Below, piece by piece: positions 10,032 to 20,914 of a stretch of DNA of 21,383 nt. How positions within the stretch are numbered: the first letter of the stretch is position 1; each line of letters begins with the position of its first letter. Origin of the DNA: Candidatus Methylumidiphilus sp. (lineage in GTDB: Bacteria; Pseudomonadota; Gammaproteobacteria; Methylococcales; Methylococcaceae). The position numbers were made by a program, and so were the translations under genes. The notes under the pieces are model-generated. The model saw nothing but the letters and a program-made list of their open reading frames with translations. It was not told the origin of the DNA and did not search any database. Location: contig JBJSYU010000394.1 of assembly GCA_046089945.1 (NCBI GenBank), forward strand, positions 1 to 21,383, given 5' to 3'.

Positions 10032-10132
10032 ACGTAGCGCGGCATCCTTGCCGATGTTTGAGGCATTCGCAGCGTTTGGCCGGCAAGATGCCGGCGCTCC
10101 AATGTAAATGCCGGCAGGATGCCGGCGCTACG
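10032..10132. repeat. Second cluster of three REP/BIME-like palindromic units
   Basis: ACGTAGCGCGGCATCCTTGCCGA (10032-10054, minus-oriented), GCCGGCAAGATGCCGGCGCTCC (10079-10100), GCCGGCAGGATGCCGGCGCTACG (10110-10132); same family as 5771-5895. Confidence 0.7.
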
Positions 10133-10167
10133 CAGGGTATTTTTAAAACGAGGAACGCCGCGCTGGA

Positions 10168-11464
10168 CATTTCCCCCCGCTTTGCCGCCAAACTGCTGGA
10201 TTGGGTTCAAACTCCGGCCTTGGATTTGTTCCGCGCCGGTTACGCGGTGTTCCGCCAAATCAAAGAAGGCGGCTTGGATTACCGGGCGATGAGCCTGGTC
10301 TACACCAGCCTGCTGGCGCTGATTCCGCTGTTGGCGGTGAGCTTTGCGATGCTTAAGGCGTTTGGCGCCGACGCTTATCTCGAGCCGCTGCTGTTGCAAT
10401 TGCTTGATCCCTTGGGCGAGAACAAGGCGTCGATAGCCGCCACCATGCTGGATTCGGTGCGGCGGCTGGACGTGGGGGTGTTGGGTTCGGTCGGCCTGCT
10501 GTCTTTGCTGTACACCAGCGTGTCGCTGCTGGACAAGATCGAGGAGTCGGTCAACCACATCTGGCGGCGGCAGGCGAAGTTCAGCCGCAGTTTGGTGCGC
10601 CGTTTCAGCGATTACCTAACCTTCATCCTGGTCGGGCCGCTGCTGGTGTTTTCCGCGTTTGGCGGCATGAGCGAGCTGTTCCACCGCGTCAACAACCATC
10701 CTTGGCTGGACGATGGCATCAGCCTGTTTGTGCCGGTGTTCCAGTCTACGCTGCCGTATCTGTTCATCATCGCGGCGTTCGCGTTCCTGTATAAGCTGAT
10801 CCCCGACGCCCCGGTGAAGCTGCGCTCGGCGCTGTTTGGCGGCGCTATCGCGGGCATGGCGTGGAAGCTGGTAGGCTGGGTGTTTGCCTCGTTCATGGCC
10901 GGTTCGGCGCAATACCATGCGGTGTATTCGACGTTTGCCATCCTGGTGCTGTTCATGGTCTGGCTGTACATGAGCTGGCTGGTGGTGTTGCTCGGCGTAC
11001 AGGTGACGTTTTTCCACCAATACCCGCGCTACATGGCCTTGCGCAGCCGCCAGCCCCGTTTGAGCGGGCGCGTGGCCGAGCGCCTGGGGCTGCTGGCCTT
11101 GGTGCTGGTCGGTCGGCGGTTTTTCCGGGGCGAGCCGCCGTGGCTTGCGCATGATCTGGCGCTGCGGCTGGAGGTGCCGGACGACTGCGTCGATGATATC
11201 GTGTCGGTTTTTATCGGCAAGGGCTATATCATGGCGGTCGGTCGCGACGCCGACGGGGTGATTCCGGCCCGCGACTTTTCCACGCTGACGGTGCTGGAAG
11301 TGTTGGACGCCATCCGCTCCGCGCACGAAGACGATTTTCCGCTCAGTCTGGACGCGCTGGCCGAGCCTGGGCTGGATGCCGTGCTGGGCCGCTGCGACAC
11401 GGGCATCCGCGAGGCGGCCGGCGGCTTGACGCTGCGCGATTTGGCGTTGGCGGAAGACAGTTAA
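10168..11464 (+). CDS. YihY/BrkB-family inner-membrane protein
   Basis: ORF 10022..11464; multi-pass protein with LVYTSLLALIPLLAVSFAML, LLYTSVSLLDKIEESVNHIW, AVYSTFAILVLFMVWLYMSWLVVLLGVQ. The 10022 ATG lies upstream of the REP-like repeats, so the true start is downstream and uncertain (no ATG between the repeats and the family-specific N-terminus). The start given here is a boundary of family-like sequence, not a verified start codon. Confidence 0.85.
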
Positions 11465-11512
11465 TTCAAACATCCCCGCGATAGGGGGCTGGCAGACCGG
11501 CAAGGTACATCA

Positions 11513-12085
11513 ATGAAAGAAACCTTTGTTTTGCTGACGGGGCTGTTGCTGGCCGCAGGGCTGGCGCAGGCGGCGACGCTGTACCAATGGACGGATGCGG
11601 ACGGCGAAACCCGCTTCGGCTCCCGCCCGCCGCCGGGCGTGGTCGGCACGATAGTCGGCGAAAAACTCCGCCAGACCGGCGGCGAAACCGCCAAGTCCGC
11701 CGCTGATTGCCGAGCCTTGCAGGACGAGCATCTGCGCCTGATCGACAAGGAAATTGCCCGCTTGCGCGGCGTGGCGACCGGGGTGGGCGCGGAGTATGAG
11801 TTTACGGCGGAGGCCAAGCAGCGCTTCATCAACGATTTGCTGGCCCATCGCGCCGCCTTCCTGACCGGCAAAGCACCGGAAACCTTCGCAGCCCCCGACC
11901 AAAAGCGCGAATTGAACGAACTCAAGGCGAAATACGGCAAGGACAAAGCCCAGCTTGAGGACGACTTGGAACAGCAAGCGCGGCAGATTCGCCAAGAGCA
12001 AATGGAATTGGAGCGGCAGCGCCGCGCCAACGCGCTGATGATGCAGCCCTATCGGTTCGTGCCGCCGGGTTGGCTGTTCTATTGA
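11513..12085 (+). CDS. DUF4124 domain-containing exported protein
   Basis: 190 aa; signal peptide MKETFVLLTGLLLAAGLAQAATLYQWTDADGETRFGSRPP, Glu/Gln-rich coiled C-terminus. Confidence 0.85.
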   Translation: MKETFVLLTGLLLAAGLAQAATLYQWTDADGETRFGSRPPPGVVGTIVGEKLRQTGGETAKSAADCRALQDEHLRLIDKEIARLRGVATGVGAEYEFTAEAKQRFINDLLAHRAAFLTGKAPETFAAPDQKRELNELKAKYGKDKAQLEDDLEQQARQIRQEQMELERQRRANALMMQPYRFVPPGWLFY

Positions 12086-12174
12086 ACCGAGCGCGGCTTG
12101 ATGCTCCCATACGCACCAACTTAAAACGCAACCCACTGAGTTGCAATGGTGCAGACAATAAGCAAAAAAATCAA

Positions 12175-12243
12175 AACCACAAAAAGCACGAAACACTCGA
12201 AAGGAAAACTGGGCTTTTCGTGCATTTCGTGTCTTTCGTGGTT
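12175..12243. repeat. Imperfect inverted-repeat element of the 'AACCACGAAAG(A)CACGAAA' type
   Basis: Left arm AACCACAAAAAGCACGAAACAC, right arm TTTCGTGTCTTTCGTGGTT (reverse complement AACCACGAAAGACACGAAA), intergenic upstream of rlmKL. Confidence 0.6.
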
Positions 12244-12366
12244 CATGCTTTATTACTGGCTTTGAGCTTAAGTCGGCGTGTATGGGTATAATTCCCGCGC
12301 TTTCGCAAGCTGATTCAGCCGACAGCGGCCCACCGCCCGCACCCACTTAAAATCCGCAGGAACCTC

Positions 12367-14589
12367 TTGGACAACCACCTATTTTTTGCCACCGCCCCGC
12401 TGGGTTTGGAACTGCTGCTGGCCGACGAGCTGCGCGGCTTAAGTCTCGCCGATGTCAAAGACGCCCGCGCCGGCGCAGCGTTTTCCGGCAACTTGGAGGC
12501 CGCCTACCGCGCCTGCCTGTGGTCGCGGCTGGCCAACCGCATTCTGCTGCGCTTGGCGACGTTCCCCGCGCCGACCCCGGAGGCGCTGTACGCCGGGGCC
12601 TTGGCCATCGATTGGGCGGAACACCTGTCGCCGGACTCCACGATTGCGGTGGACTTCGCCGCCTCGCGCTCACAAATCACCCACACCCAATACGGCGCGC
12701 AAAAAGTCAAAGACGCCATCGTCGATCAATTCCGCGAACTGTGCGGCGTCCGCCCCTCGGTGCGGCTGGATCGGCCCGACATCCGCGTCAACGTCTATCT
12801 GGACAAGGATATCGCCCAGGTCAGCCTGGACTTGTCCGGCGACAGCCTGCACAAGCGCGGCTACCGGCTGGACGGCGGCACCGCGCCGCTGAAAGAAAAC
12901 TTGGCGGCGGCGATTTTGCTGCGGGCCGGCTGGCCGCAGGTGGCGCAAGCCGGCGGCGAATTGGTCGATCCGATGTGCGGTTCAGGCACCTTGCTGGTCG
13001 AGGCGGCGTGGATGGCAGCCGACGTGGCGCCGGGGCTGCGGCGCGACTTCTACGGCTTCCAAGGCTGGAAAAACCACCGGGCGGACATTTGGGACGCGCT
13101 CGTGAGCGAGGCGCAGGCCCGCCGCGAGGCCGGCCTGCGCCGGGAAGCCAATCCGATCAGCGGCTACGATCTTGACCGCCACGCCGTCCATGCCGCGCTG
13201 GACAACATCGACCGCGCCGGCTTGCGCGGTCGGGTGCAGGTGTCGCGCCGCGAGGCCGAGGAAGCCCGCCCGCGTCTGGCCCATGGCTTGCTGGTGGTCA
13301 ATCCGCCATATGGCGAACGCATGGGCGAGGCCGAGCAACTGGCCGGCTTGTACGGCGGTTTGGGCAAGCTGCTGCAAAACCATTTCCAGGGCTGGAAAGC
13401 CAGCGTGTTCACCGGCAACCCGGATCTGGCCTTCAAGCTTGGCATCCGCGCCCGCAAGTTTTACACGCTGTACAATGGCGCCATCGAATGCAAGCTGTTC
13501 AACTTCGATGTCGAACCGGAGCGCTATTTCACGCCGCACGCGGACGAGACCGGGCTGTCCGAGGAGGCGCGCAAATCGCGGCAACTCATGCGCCGCGCCC
13601 ACAGTCTGGCGCAACGACCGGAAACCTCGCCGGGGGCGGAAATGTTCGCCAACCGCCTGCGCAAAAACCTCAAACACCTCAGCCGCTGGGCACGGCAAAA
13701 CGGCGTCGCCTGTTACCGGCTGTATGATGCCGACTTGCCTGAATATGCCGTGGCGGTGGACGTGTATCACGGCGAGCAAACTTGGCTGCACGTCCAAGAA
13801 TATGAAGCGCCGACGAGTATCGACCCGGAGAAAGCCGAAGCCCGGCTGGCCGAAGCCTTGTCGGTGATGCCGCAGGTGTTGGATATTCCCGAACAGCAGG
13901 TATACCTCAAAATCCGCCGCCGCCAAAAAGGCAGCGCCCAGTATGAAAAACAAGCCGAAGCCGGACAATTCCATATCGTCGAGGAGGGCGGCTGCAAGTT
14001 TTGGGTCAATTTCGAGGATTATCTGGACACCGGCCTATTCCTTGACCACCGGCCGACGCGCTTGATGATCCAAAAGCTCGCCAAGGACAAGCATTTTCTG
14101 AATCTGTTCGCCTATACCGGCGCGGCCACGGTGCATGCGGCGGTGGGCGGGGCACGTTCCAGCGTCAGCGTGGACATGTCCCATACTTATATCGACTGGG
14201 CGCGGCGCAATCTCGAACTGAATGGCATTAAAGGCTATCAGCACGGTTTGGTGCAAGGCGATTGTCTGGCTTGGCTGGACGCCGAACTTGGCCGGGGCCG
14301 GGGTGGGTTTGACTTGATCTTTGTTGATCCGCCGACTTTTTCCAACTCCAAGCGCATGGACAGCACATTTGACGTGCAGCGCGACCATGTCGCTTTGCTG
14401 CGCAAAGCCGCCGAATTGCTGAATCCGTCAGGGTTATTGATTTTTTCCACCAATTTCCGCAAATTCAAGCTGGATCGTGAAGCGTTGGCCGGCTTGAGCG
14501 TGGAAGATATGAGCGCCAAAACCGTCCCGACGGACTTTGAGCGCAATCCCAAAATCCATTATTGCTGGGCTATCCGCCCGACCGTTTAG
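12367..14589 (+). CDS. rlmL: Bifunctional 23S rRNA (guanine-N2/N7) methyltransferase RlmKL
   Basis: 740 aa, TTG start; THUMP region LFFATAPLGLELLLADEL, LVDPMCGSGTLLVEAA, VVNPPYGERMG, second domain DTGLFLDHRPTRLMI...LNLFAYTGAATVHAA, FVDPPTFSNSKRM. Confidence 0.96.
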   Translation: MDNHLFFATAPLGLELLLADELRGLSLADVKDARAGAAFSGNLEAAYRACLWSRLANRILLRLATFPAPTPEALYAGALAIDWAEHLSPDSTIAVDFAASRSQITHTQYGAQKVKDAIVDQFRELCGVRPSVRLDRPDIRVNVYLDKDIAQVSLDLSGDSLHKRGYRLDGGTAPLKENLAAAILLRAGWPQVAQAGGELVDPMCGSGTLLVEAAWMAADVAPGLRRDFYGFQGWKNHRADIWDALVSEAQARREAGLRREANPISGYDLDRHAVHAALDNIDRAGLRGRVQVSRREAEEARPRLAHGLLVVNPPYGERMGEAEQLAGLYGGLGKLLQNHFQGWKASVFTGNPDLAFKLGIRARKFYTLYNGAIECKLFNFDVEPERYFTPHADETGLSEEARKSRQLMRRAHSLAQRPETSPGAEMFANRLRKNLKHLSRWARQNGVACYRLYDADLPEYAVAVDVYHGEQTWLHVQEYEAPTSIDPEKAEARLAEALSVMPQVLDIPEQQVYLKIRRRQKGSAQYEKQAEAGQFHIVEEGGCKFWVNFEDYLDTGLFLDHRPTRLMIQKLAKDKHFLNLFAYTGAATVHAAVGGARSSVSVDMSHTYIDWARRNLELNGIKGYQHGLVQGDCLAWLDAELGRGRGGFDLIFVDPPTFSNSKRMDSTFDVQRDHVALLRKAAELLNPSGLLIFSTNFRKFKLDREALAGLSVEDMSAKTVPTDFERNPKIHYCWAIRPTV

Positions 14590-14604
14590 ATGTTCAGGTG
14601 AACC

Positions 14605-14886
14605 GTGCACAGGCGAGTCCATATCTCGGTATCCGGCAGAGTGCAAGGCGTTGCTTACCGCGCCTCGGCGCAAAGACAAGCATCTGATCTAAACCTCAAT
14701 GGCTGGGTGCGCAATACCAGCGACGGGCGGGTGGAAATACTCGCCGAAGGCGAGGAAATGGCTATTGCCGCGTTTATCGAATGGTGCCGCCACGGCCCGC
14801 GCTGGGCCAGGGTGGACAGCCTGCAAGTCGCCGACGCGGCTGCTGGCGAAGCGTTCTATGGCTTTGCCGTGCGCCGGGACGAATAG
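14605..14886 (+). CDS. acyP: Acylphosphatase
   Basis: 93 aa, GTG start; VSGRVQGVAYRASAQRQA...LNGWVRNTSDGRVEILAEG. Confidence 0.94.
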   Translation: MHRRVHISVSGRVQGVAYRASAQRQASDLNLNGWVRNTSDGRVEILAEGEEMAIAAFIEWCRHGPRWARVDSLQVADAAAGEAFYGFAVRRDE

Positions 14887-14929
14887 TTTCAACACACGAT
14901 TTATCAACCCCTAAAAAACTGGAGGAACC

Positions 14930-15703
14930 ATGTCTGAGAATGTCCAACCCACTAATGAAAATGTGTCATTGCTGTTTTACCGCCAAGTCAGCACACTGCA
15001 TCCTGACCGCCATGGCGAATTAAAGATTGGCGCCGCCCCCGACCAAAGCTTTGCCGCCAAAACCAATTCCGTGCCGTTGACCGGCGTGGAGTTTGCCGAG
15101 GCCGGCAAAGAATACCCGATCGTGTTTTCCCGCGCAGGCGAAAACACTTTCAGCCCAGTGGCGGTACTGGGGCTGGAAAATGGCGAAAATCTGTTTCTGG
15201 ACGAAAACGCCGCTTGGAAAGCCAGCTACATTCCGGCGTTTGTGCGGCGCTATCCTTTCGTGTTGGGCGAAAACGCCGAGAATCCCAGCCAGCCTTGGGT
15301 GTGTGTGGACGAGTCTTGCCCGTGGCTGGGCAACGACACTGGAGAACCCTTGTTCATCGGCAAGCAACCTTCGGCCTATATGAAACAAGTGCTGGAATTT
15401 CTGACCGATTATAACCTGCAATCGCAGCGCAGCATGGCGTTTTGCCGCAAGCTGCAAGACTGGGGTTTGTTCAAGGAAAACCAGGTGCAGGCCACCACGC
15501 CGGAAGGCAAGAGTTATACCTTGAGCGGGCTTTGGGTGATTGATGAAAACGCCTTGCGGCAATTGGAGGCGGACAAGATTCAAGAACTGTTCAAGACCGG
15601 CGAACTGGCGTGGATATTCTTCCATCTGAGTTCGCTGACCAACTTCCGCCGCTTAACTGAACGCAAGAACGCCAAATCGGCGGCGTTGAGCCATTTGCAC
15701 TGA
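14930..15703 (+). CDS. SapC family protein
   Basis: 257 aa; FAAKTNSVPLTGVEFAEAGKEYPIVF, WKASYIPAFVRRYPFVLGE, LTDFYNLQ-like region, C-terminal domain with ALRQLEADKIQELFKTGELAWIFFHLSSLTNFRRL. Confidence 0.85.
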   Translation: MSENVQPTNENVSLLFYRQVSTLHPDRHGELKIGAAPDQSFAAKTNSVPLTGVEFAEAGKEYPIVFSRAGENTFSPVAVLGLENGENLFLDENAAWKASYIPAFVRRYPFVLGENAENPSQPWVCVDESCPWLGNDTGEPLFIGKQPSAYMKQVLEFLTDYNLQSQRSMAFCRKLQDWGLFKENQVQATTPEGKSYTLSGLWVIDENALRQLEADKIQELFKTGELAWIFFHLSSLTNFRRLTERKNAKSAALSHLH

Positions 15704-15746
15704 GCGCTGCGACTTAATAACGTCAGGTATTTATCAGGCCGCTAAG

Positions 15747-15777
15747 GCGGGCAACCGCTGCGCTGGTTGTTGCCCGC
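15747..15777. terminator. Hairpin between convergent genes, possible bidirectional terminator lacking a strong U-tract
   Basis: GCGGGCAAC (15747-15755) pairs with GTTGCCCGC (15769-15777); located between the SapC-like (+) and methyltransferase (-) stops. Confidence 0.45.
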
Positions 15778-15789
15778 TGATTTCCCTGC

Positions 15790-16671
15790 CTAGGCTGGGA
15801 CGCGTCCTATCGTGACATTGTGCAGTTCACGGTAGAAAAACGCCTCGCTGTGGAGAATGTGCCGCGGGCTATCGACATGCTTGAGCGCCCGCCATTGTTC
15901 TTTCTCCGTGTCAGGCAAATTCAAATGCGGGTTCAACTCGCCCATCAAGGAAAAAACAGATCGGCAAAAGCGCCGTTCGGCGCTTGTAAGGGGGTGGCGG
16001 CGTTCGCACAGCACTGTGCGGCTGGCGATGCGTTCCAGTCCCAATGCGCGTAACATCGCCGCGAACTCAGTTGAGCGTACCGTGCCTCGGGGATTGATGG
16101 CATACCCCTGCACAACGTCGGTTCCCACCCTTGCGCTCATTTCCGTGAGGCAGCGCAAGATGGCGGTGGTCGAAAAAGGGCCAAACTGGAATCCCGTGAA
16201 GTCGGCCTCCTTGATGGCAATCAAGCCGCCCGGCTTGACCACGCGCTTAAATTCACGAAACGTCATCCGCACTTCTGCGTCGCTGAGATACTGTGTCACC
16301 GCCGCGCACCACAGCGCGTCAAAGCTCGCGTCAGCAAAAGGCAGCGCAACCACGTTTGCCACGCACACGTCTACGGGGCAGATGAACTTCAGGTTCTGGA
16401 TTCTGTGCGATACCTGCCGCACATTTTCGGCGGCCACATCGGAGGCCACAATGCGGCCTGAAGCCCCGACCAGTTCCGCAAGCAAGGGGAGGTAGCTGCC
16501 ACCGCCGCATCCAGCATCGAACACCGTCCATCCCGGCGCGATGCCGACCTGATGCAACATCTGCTCATATTCTGGCCGCATCGCCTCAAAATGGGCATCC
16601 AAATAGTCTGCGTCTGTCAGATGGCCGCCGGAAGTCCTGTCGCGCAAGTTGTTGCTCTCCGCCATCTGCAT
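15790..16671 (-). CDS. Class I SAM-dependent methyltransferase
   Basis: 293 aa; VFDAGCGGGSYLPLLAELVGASGRIVASD, LPFADASFDALWCAAVTQYL, EFKRVVKPGGLIAIKE. Confidence 0.88.
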   Translation of the reverse strand: MQMAESNNLRDRTSGGHLTDADYLDAHFEAMRPEYEQMLHQVGIAPGWTVFDAGCGGGSYLPLLAELVGASGRIVASDVAAENVRQVSHRIQNLKFICPVDVCVANVVALPFADASFDALWCAAVTQYLSDAEVRMTFREFKRVVKPGGLIAIKEADFTGFQFGPFSTTAILRCLTEMSARVGTDVVQGYAINPRGTVRSTEFAAMLRALGLERIASRTVLCERRHPLTSAERRFCRSVFSLMGELNPHLNLPDTEKEQWRALKHVDSPRHILHSEAFFYRELHNVTIGRVPA

Positions 16672-16732
16672 ACCTTTAGGTTGTCTGCGAAAAAGCTATG
16701 CGGCCGCCGTCGCCATCTCACAAGTGCTGGGT

Positions 16733-17089
<357 letters not shown>

Positions 17090-19027
17090 TTAGTTTTTGT
17101 TCGCTCGATGCTCGATGATGTCTTCGACCACAGACGGGTCGGCTAGGGTGGAAATGTCGCCCAAATTGGAGAGTTCGTTGGCGGCCACTTTGCGCAGGAT
17201 GCGGCGCATTATTTTGCCGGAACGGGTTTTTGGCAAGGAAGGCGTCCACTGGATGATATCCGGGGTGGCGATGGGGCCGATTTCCTTGCGCACTTGTTGC
17301 AGCAGGGCATGCCGCAGTGCCTCGGTGGGTTCCGCACCGGCGACTAAGGTGACATAAGCGTAAATGCCTTGGCCTTTTTTGTCGTGCGGATACCCCACCA
17401 CGGCGGCTTCGGCGACGGCTTCGTGCAGTACCAGGGCGCTTTCGATTTCGGCAGTGCCCATGCGATGTCCGGCGACATTCAGCACGTCATCGACGCGGCC
17501 GGTGATCCAGTAATACCCGTCGGCGTCGCGTTTGGCGCCGTCTCCGGTGAAGTATTTGCCAGGGTAAGCGGAAAAGTAAGTTTCGACAAAGCGGCGATGG
17601 TCGCCATAGACCGTCCGCGCCTGCCCCGGCCAGCTAGTCGTCAAGGCCAATACCCCTTCCGCCGCGCCTTCCAGCACCTCGCCCGCGCCGTCGAGGATGG
17701 CCGGCGCCACGCCGAAGAACGGCAGCGTCGCCGAGCCGGGCTTGAGCGCGGTCGCGCCGGGCAGCGGGGTAATCATGATGCCGCCGGTTTCGGTTTGCCA
17801 CCAAGTGTCCACCACCGGGCAGCGCGATTCGCCGACGACTTGGTAATACCATTCCCAGGCTTCCGGGTTGATCGGCTCGCCGACCGAACCCAGCACGCGC
17901 AGGCTGCGGCGGCTGGCGCGCTTGACCGGCTCGTCGCCTAGGCCCATCAGCATGCGGATGGCGGTGGGGGCGGTGTAGAAAATGTTGACGTGGTGCTTGT
18001 CCACAACCTGCCAAAAGCGGTCGGCCTGCGGGTAGGTCGGGATGCCCTCGAACATCAGCGTCGTCGCGCCGTTGCACAGCGGGCCGTAGAGGACATAGGA
18101 ATGCCCCGTCACCCAGCCGACATCGGCGGTGCACCAATAAATGTCGCCGTCGTGATAGTCGAAGACATAGCGGTGGGTCATCGCCGCATACAGCAGATAG
18201 CCGCCGCTGGTGTGCAGCAGCGCCTTGGGCTTGCCGGTGGAGCCTGAGGTGTAGAGGATGAACAGTGGGTCTTCCGCGCCCATAGGCAACGCCGGGCAGT
18301 CGTCGGCGACGCCGGCGTCGGCCTCGTGCCACCAGCGGTCGCGGCCTGCGGCCCAGCCGATGTCCAAGCCGGTGTGGCGCCCGACAAACACCGTCCGCAC
18401 GGCCGGGCAATGGCTCAATGCCTCGTCCACATTGGCTTTTAAGGCGATGGATTTGCCGCCACGCCGGCCGCCGTCGGCGGTGATGACGACGCGGCAGTCG
18501 GAATCTAAGATGCGGTCTTTCAGCGCTTCCGCCGAAAAGCCGCCGAAGACGATGGAATGGATCGCGCCGATGCGGGCGCAGGCCAGCATGGCGACGGCGG
18601 CTTCGGGGATCATCGGCAGGTAGATGCAGACGCGGTCGCCTTTGCGCACGCCTTCGGCCAACAGGACGTTGGCGAAGCGGCACACCCGCCGGTGCAGTTC
18701 GCGGTAAGTCAGCGTTTTCGACTCGCCCGGCTCGTCGCCTTCCCAGATGATGGCGGTTTGTTCGCCTCGGGTGTCCAGATGGCGGTCTAGGCAGTTGTGG
18801 CTGACGTTCAGTTCCGCCCCTTCAAACCAGGCTATCGAGCCAGTGGCGAAGTCATGGCGGCAAACGTTGCTCCAAGGCTTGGCCCAATCGACAAAGCGGC
18901 CAGCCTGCGCCGCCCAGAACGCTTGCGGGTCGGCGATGGACTGCGCGTACAGTTCCCGGTAGCCGGCCGCGTCGATGTGGGCGGCGGCGGCGATGTCGGC
19001 GTTGACGCCGTAGATTTTTTCAGACAT
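17090..19027 (-). CDS. acs: Acetyl-CoA synthetase
   Basis: 645 aa; [58 protein letters not shown]-terminal [17 protein letters not shown] (acetylatable Lys motif). Confidence 0.96.
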   Translation of the reverse strand: MSEKIYGVNADIAAAAHIDAAGYRELYAQSIADPQAFWAAQAGRFVDWAKPWSNVCRHDFATGSIAWFEGAELNVSHNCLDRHLDTRGEQTAIIWEGDEPGESKTLTYRELHRRVCRFANVLLAEGVRKGDRVCIYLPMIPEAAVAMLACARIGAIHSIVFGGFSAEALKDRILDSDCRVVITADGGRRGGKSIALKANVDEALSHCPAVRTVFVGRHTGLDIGWAAGRDRWWHEADAGVADDCPALPMGAEDPLFILYTSGSTGKPKALLHTSGGYLLYAAMTHRYVFDYHDGDIYWCTADVGWVTGHSYVLYGPLCNGATTLMFEGIPTYPQADRFWQVVDKHHVNIFYTAPTAIRMLMGLGDEPVKRASRRSLRVLGSVGEPINPEAWEWYYQVVGESRCPVVDTWWQTETGGIMITPLPGATALKPGSATLPFFGVAPAILDGAGEVLEGAAEGVLALTTSWPGQARTVYGDHRRFVETYFSAYPGKYFTGDGAKRDADGYYWITGRVDDVLNVAGHRMGTAEIESALVLHEAVAEAAVVGYPHDKKGQGIYAYVTLVAGAEPTEALRHALLQQVRKEIGPIATPDIIQWTPSLPKTRSGKIMRRILRKVAANELSNLGDISTLADPSVVEDIIEHRANKN

Positions 19028-19079
19028 AGGCAGCGGTTCTCCTTGTTTTTAGATTTTGGGGTGGCTTGCAGCCTGCTGC

Positions 19080-20087
19080 CTAAAGAAAAATCGCATCGAC
19101 GGACAGCCCTTCCGTTTCGATCATTTCCCGCAACAGCGCCAGGGATTCGATTTGGATTTGGCGGACGCGCTCGCGGGTCAGGCCCATGGCCTTGGAGGAT
19201 TCTTCCAATGATGCCGGCTCGAAGCCGCGCAGGCCAAAGCGGCGGCAAATCACTTCGCGCTGCTTGTCGCTCAAGCGCGCCAGCCAGGTGTCGAGGTGGC
19301 GGTGCATGCATTCCTGCTGCATGGTTTCCGGCAGCGTGGGGTGATCCTCGTCGGCGATGGAATCGAGCAGGGTCTTGTCGGAATCGGCCTTGAGCGGCAC
19401 GTCCATGGACACCGCCCGCTCGCCCAGTTTCAGCATGCGCTCGACGGTGTTCAGCGGCTTGTTCAAATGTTTGGCGACATCCAGCGCGGTAGGCTCGTGG
19501 TCCAGCGTGTGCGCCAGATGGCGGAACGCCTTCAAATAGACGTTCATCTCTTTCAGCACATGGATCGGCAGGCGGATGGTGCGGGTCTGGTTCATGATCG
19601 CCCGCTCGATGGTCTGCCGAATCCACCACGTGGCATAGGTGGAAAAGCGGAAGCCCAAGTCGGGCTTGAACTTTTCCACAGCGCGGATCAGCCCCAGATT
19701 GCCCTCCTCGATCAAGTCCAACTGCGGCAGGCCGCGGTTCAGGTAACGCCTGGATATCTTCACGACCAACCGGAGGTTGCTCTCGATCATTTTCTTGCGG
19801 GCGGCCTCGTCGCCCTGCTGGATCAGCCGGCCATAATGCTTTTCCTCGTCGGCGGTCAGCAGCTTCGACTGGCGCGTCGCCTTCAAATACAGCCGGGCGG
19901 CGTCGAGCTGCAAATCGCCGCTGTCGTCAAAGCTTTCCAAGTCAGATTCCGGCTCTTCCTCGGCGTCCAAGGCCACCACTTCAATCAATTCTTCCTCCGC
20001 CTCCAATTCGGCTATGAACGGCGCAGCCTCTTCATAAAGCTCGTCTTCGGCGAAGACTTTGGCTTCTTCTGTGGATTTTCCAGACAT
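19080..20087 (-). CDS. rpoS: RNA polymerase sigma factor RpoS
   Basis: ORF 19080..20108; likely start at MSGKSTEE (20087). [75 protein letters not shown]; C-terminal [23 protein letters not shown]....[10 protein letters not shown]. Confidence 0.93.
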   Translation of the reverse strand: MSGKSTEEAKVFAEDELYEEAAPFIAELEAEEELIEVVALDAEEEPESDLESFDDSGDLQLDAARLYLKATRQSKLLTADEEKHYGRLIQQGDEAARKKMIESNLRLVVKISRRYLNRGLPQLDLIEEGNLGLIRAVEKFKPDLGFRFSTYATWWIRQTIERAIMNQTRTIRLPIHVLKEMNVYLKAFRHLAHTLDHEPTALDVAKHLNKPLNTVERMLKLGERAVSMDVPLKADSDKTLLDSIADEDHPTLPETMQQECMHRHLDTWLARLSDKQREVICRRFGLRGFEPASLEESSKAMGLTRERVRQIQIESLALLREMIETEGLSVDAIFL

Positions 20088-20129
20088 GCGGTTTTCCTGG
20101 CTGGTCATGGGGGTAGTGTCGGAAATGGC

Positions 20130-20594
20130 TCAATGGGCGAGAAGCGTTTTGCGGGCCAGGTTGATTTTGCCGGCCAGATAGTCCGAGCCGCCGCGGTCGG
20201 GATGCAGTTTTTGCATCAGCCTACGGTGGGCTGCGATGATTTCGTCCCGTGTGGCGCCGGGCGACAACCCCAAAATTTCGTAAGCCTCCTGCTGGCTCAT
20301 GCCGCCGCCCGTCGGCGGCGGCGCCGCGCCCGCTTGGGCCTTGGCCGCGCCACCAAACAGGCGCGCCGCCAAGGGCAGCAGCGGCGCCAGCCGGACGGCG
20401 GCGATGCCCAGCGTGGCCAACAGCGGGGCCAGCCAGCCTTGCCGGGCGGTCAACACCGCCAGCGCCAACGCCCCCAGCCAGATCAGCGGCTTGCGCGGCT
20501 TGATGGCATTGTCCGGCGAGCGGGCCCGCAGCAGTTCGCGCAGGCCGAACAACACGGCCAACAACAGCAAGGCGAAGAGAATCAGCGGGATCAA
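20130..20594 (-). CDS. Membrane-anchored J-domain (DnaJ/DjlA-like) protein
   Basis: 154 aa; N-terminal TM segments, C-terminal [45 protein letters not shown] with HPD motif. Confidence 0.88.
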   Translation of the reverse strand: MIPLILFALLLLAVLFGLRELLRARSPDNAIKPRKPLIWLGALALAVLTARQGWLAPLLATLGIAAVRLAPLLPLAARLFGGAAKAQAGAAPPPTGGGMSQQEAYEILGLSPGATRDEIIAAHRRLMQKLHPDRGGSDYLAGKINLARKTLLAH

Positions 20595-20900
20595 AGCGGT
20601 CGGTCAATGCGGTTGGACAAAGATGCCTTCGGATGGCGCATTCTAACCTAATCCGCCCGCAAAGGTGATTGCCTGCTTGCAAAATCGGCAGGAAACCGCA
20701 AAGCCTGTCGTGGATGCCCGACAGGCGGGCGGGCTGGTTAATGCCTTGCGGGAACTATTGCGCGTCCCGTCCTACTAACGCGGGTTCTGTCGCAGTTTGA
20801 CAGCAACGGCGCCAACAAAAGCCCATGGCGCGCAATCCTGTGGGCGCCATCAAAAAATGCGGCGTCGGCGCTTGCAGTTTCCGGTTTGCATCGAACCGAC

Positions 20901-20914
20901 AACGTGATAACGTT
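20901..20914. promoter_or_regulatory. Candidate operator-like inverted repeat AACGT-GATA-ACGTT
   Basis: Perfect 5-bp arms with 4-nt spacer, 71 bp upstream of the ATG at 20985. Confidence 0.25.

Noticed and set aside
9847-10191. 114-aa minus-strand ORF above the orphan terminator
   Set aside because: Overlaps REP-like units, low plausibility composition and no recognisable domain; an sRNA is the more likely reason for the terminator.
12982-13974. 330-aa minus-strand ORF opposite rlmKL
   Set aside because: Antisense shadow of a clearly real gene.
17634-18683. 349-aa minus-strand ORF in another frame of acs
   Set aside because: Arg/Pro-rich frame-shifted shadow of acs with no recognisable domain.
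19296-20651. 451-aa plus-strand ORF
   Set aside because: Antisense to rpoS and the J-domain gene, Gln/Arg/Gly-rich, no domain; shadow ORF.
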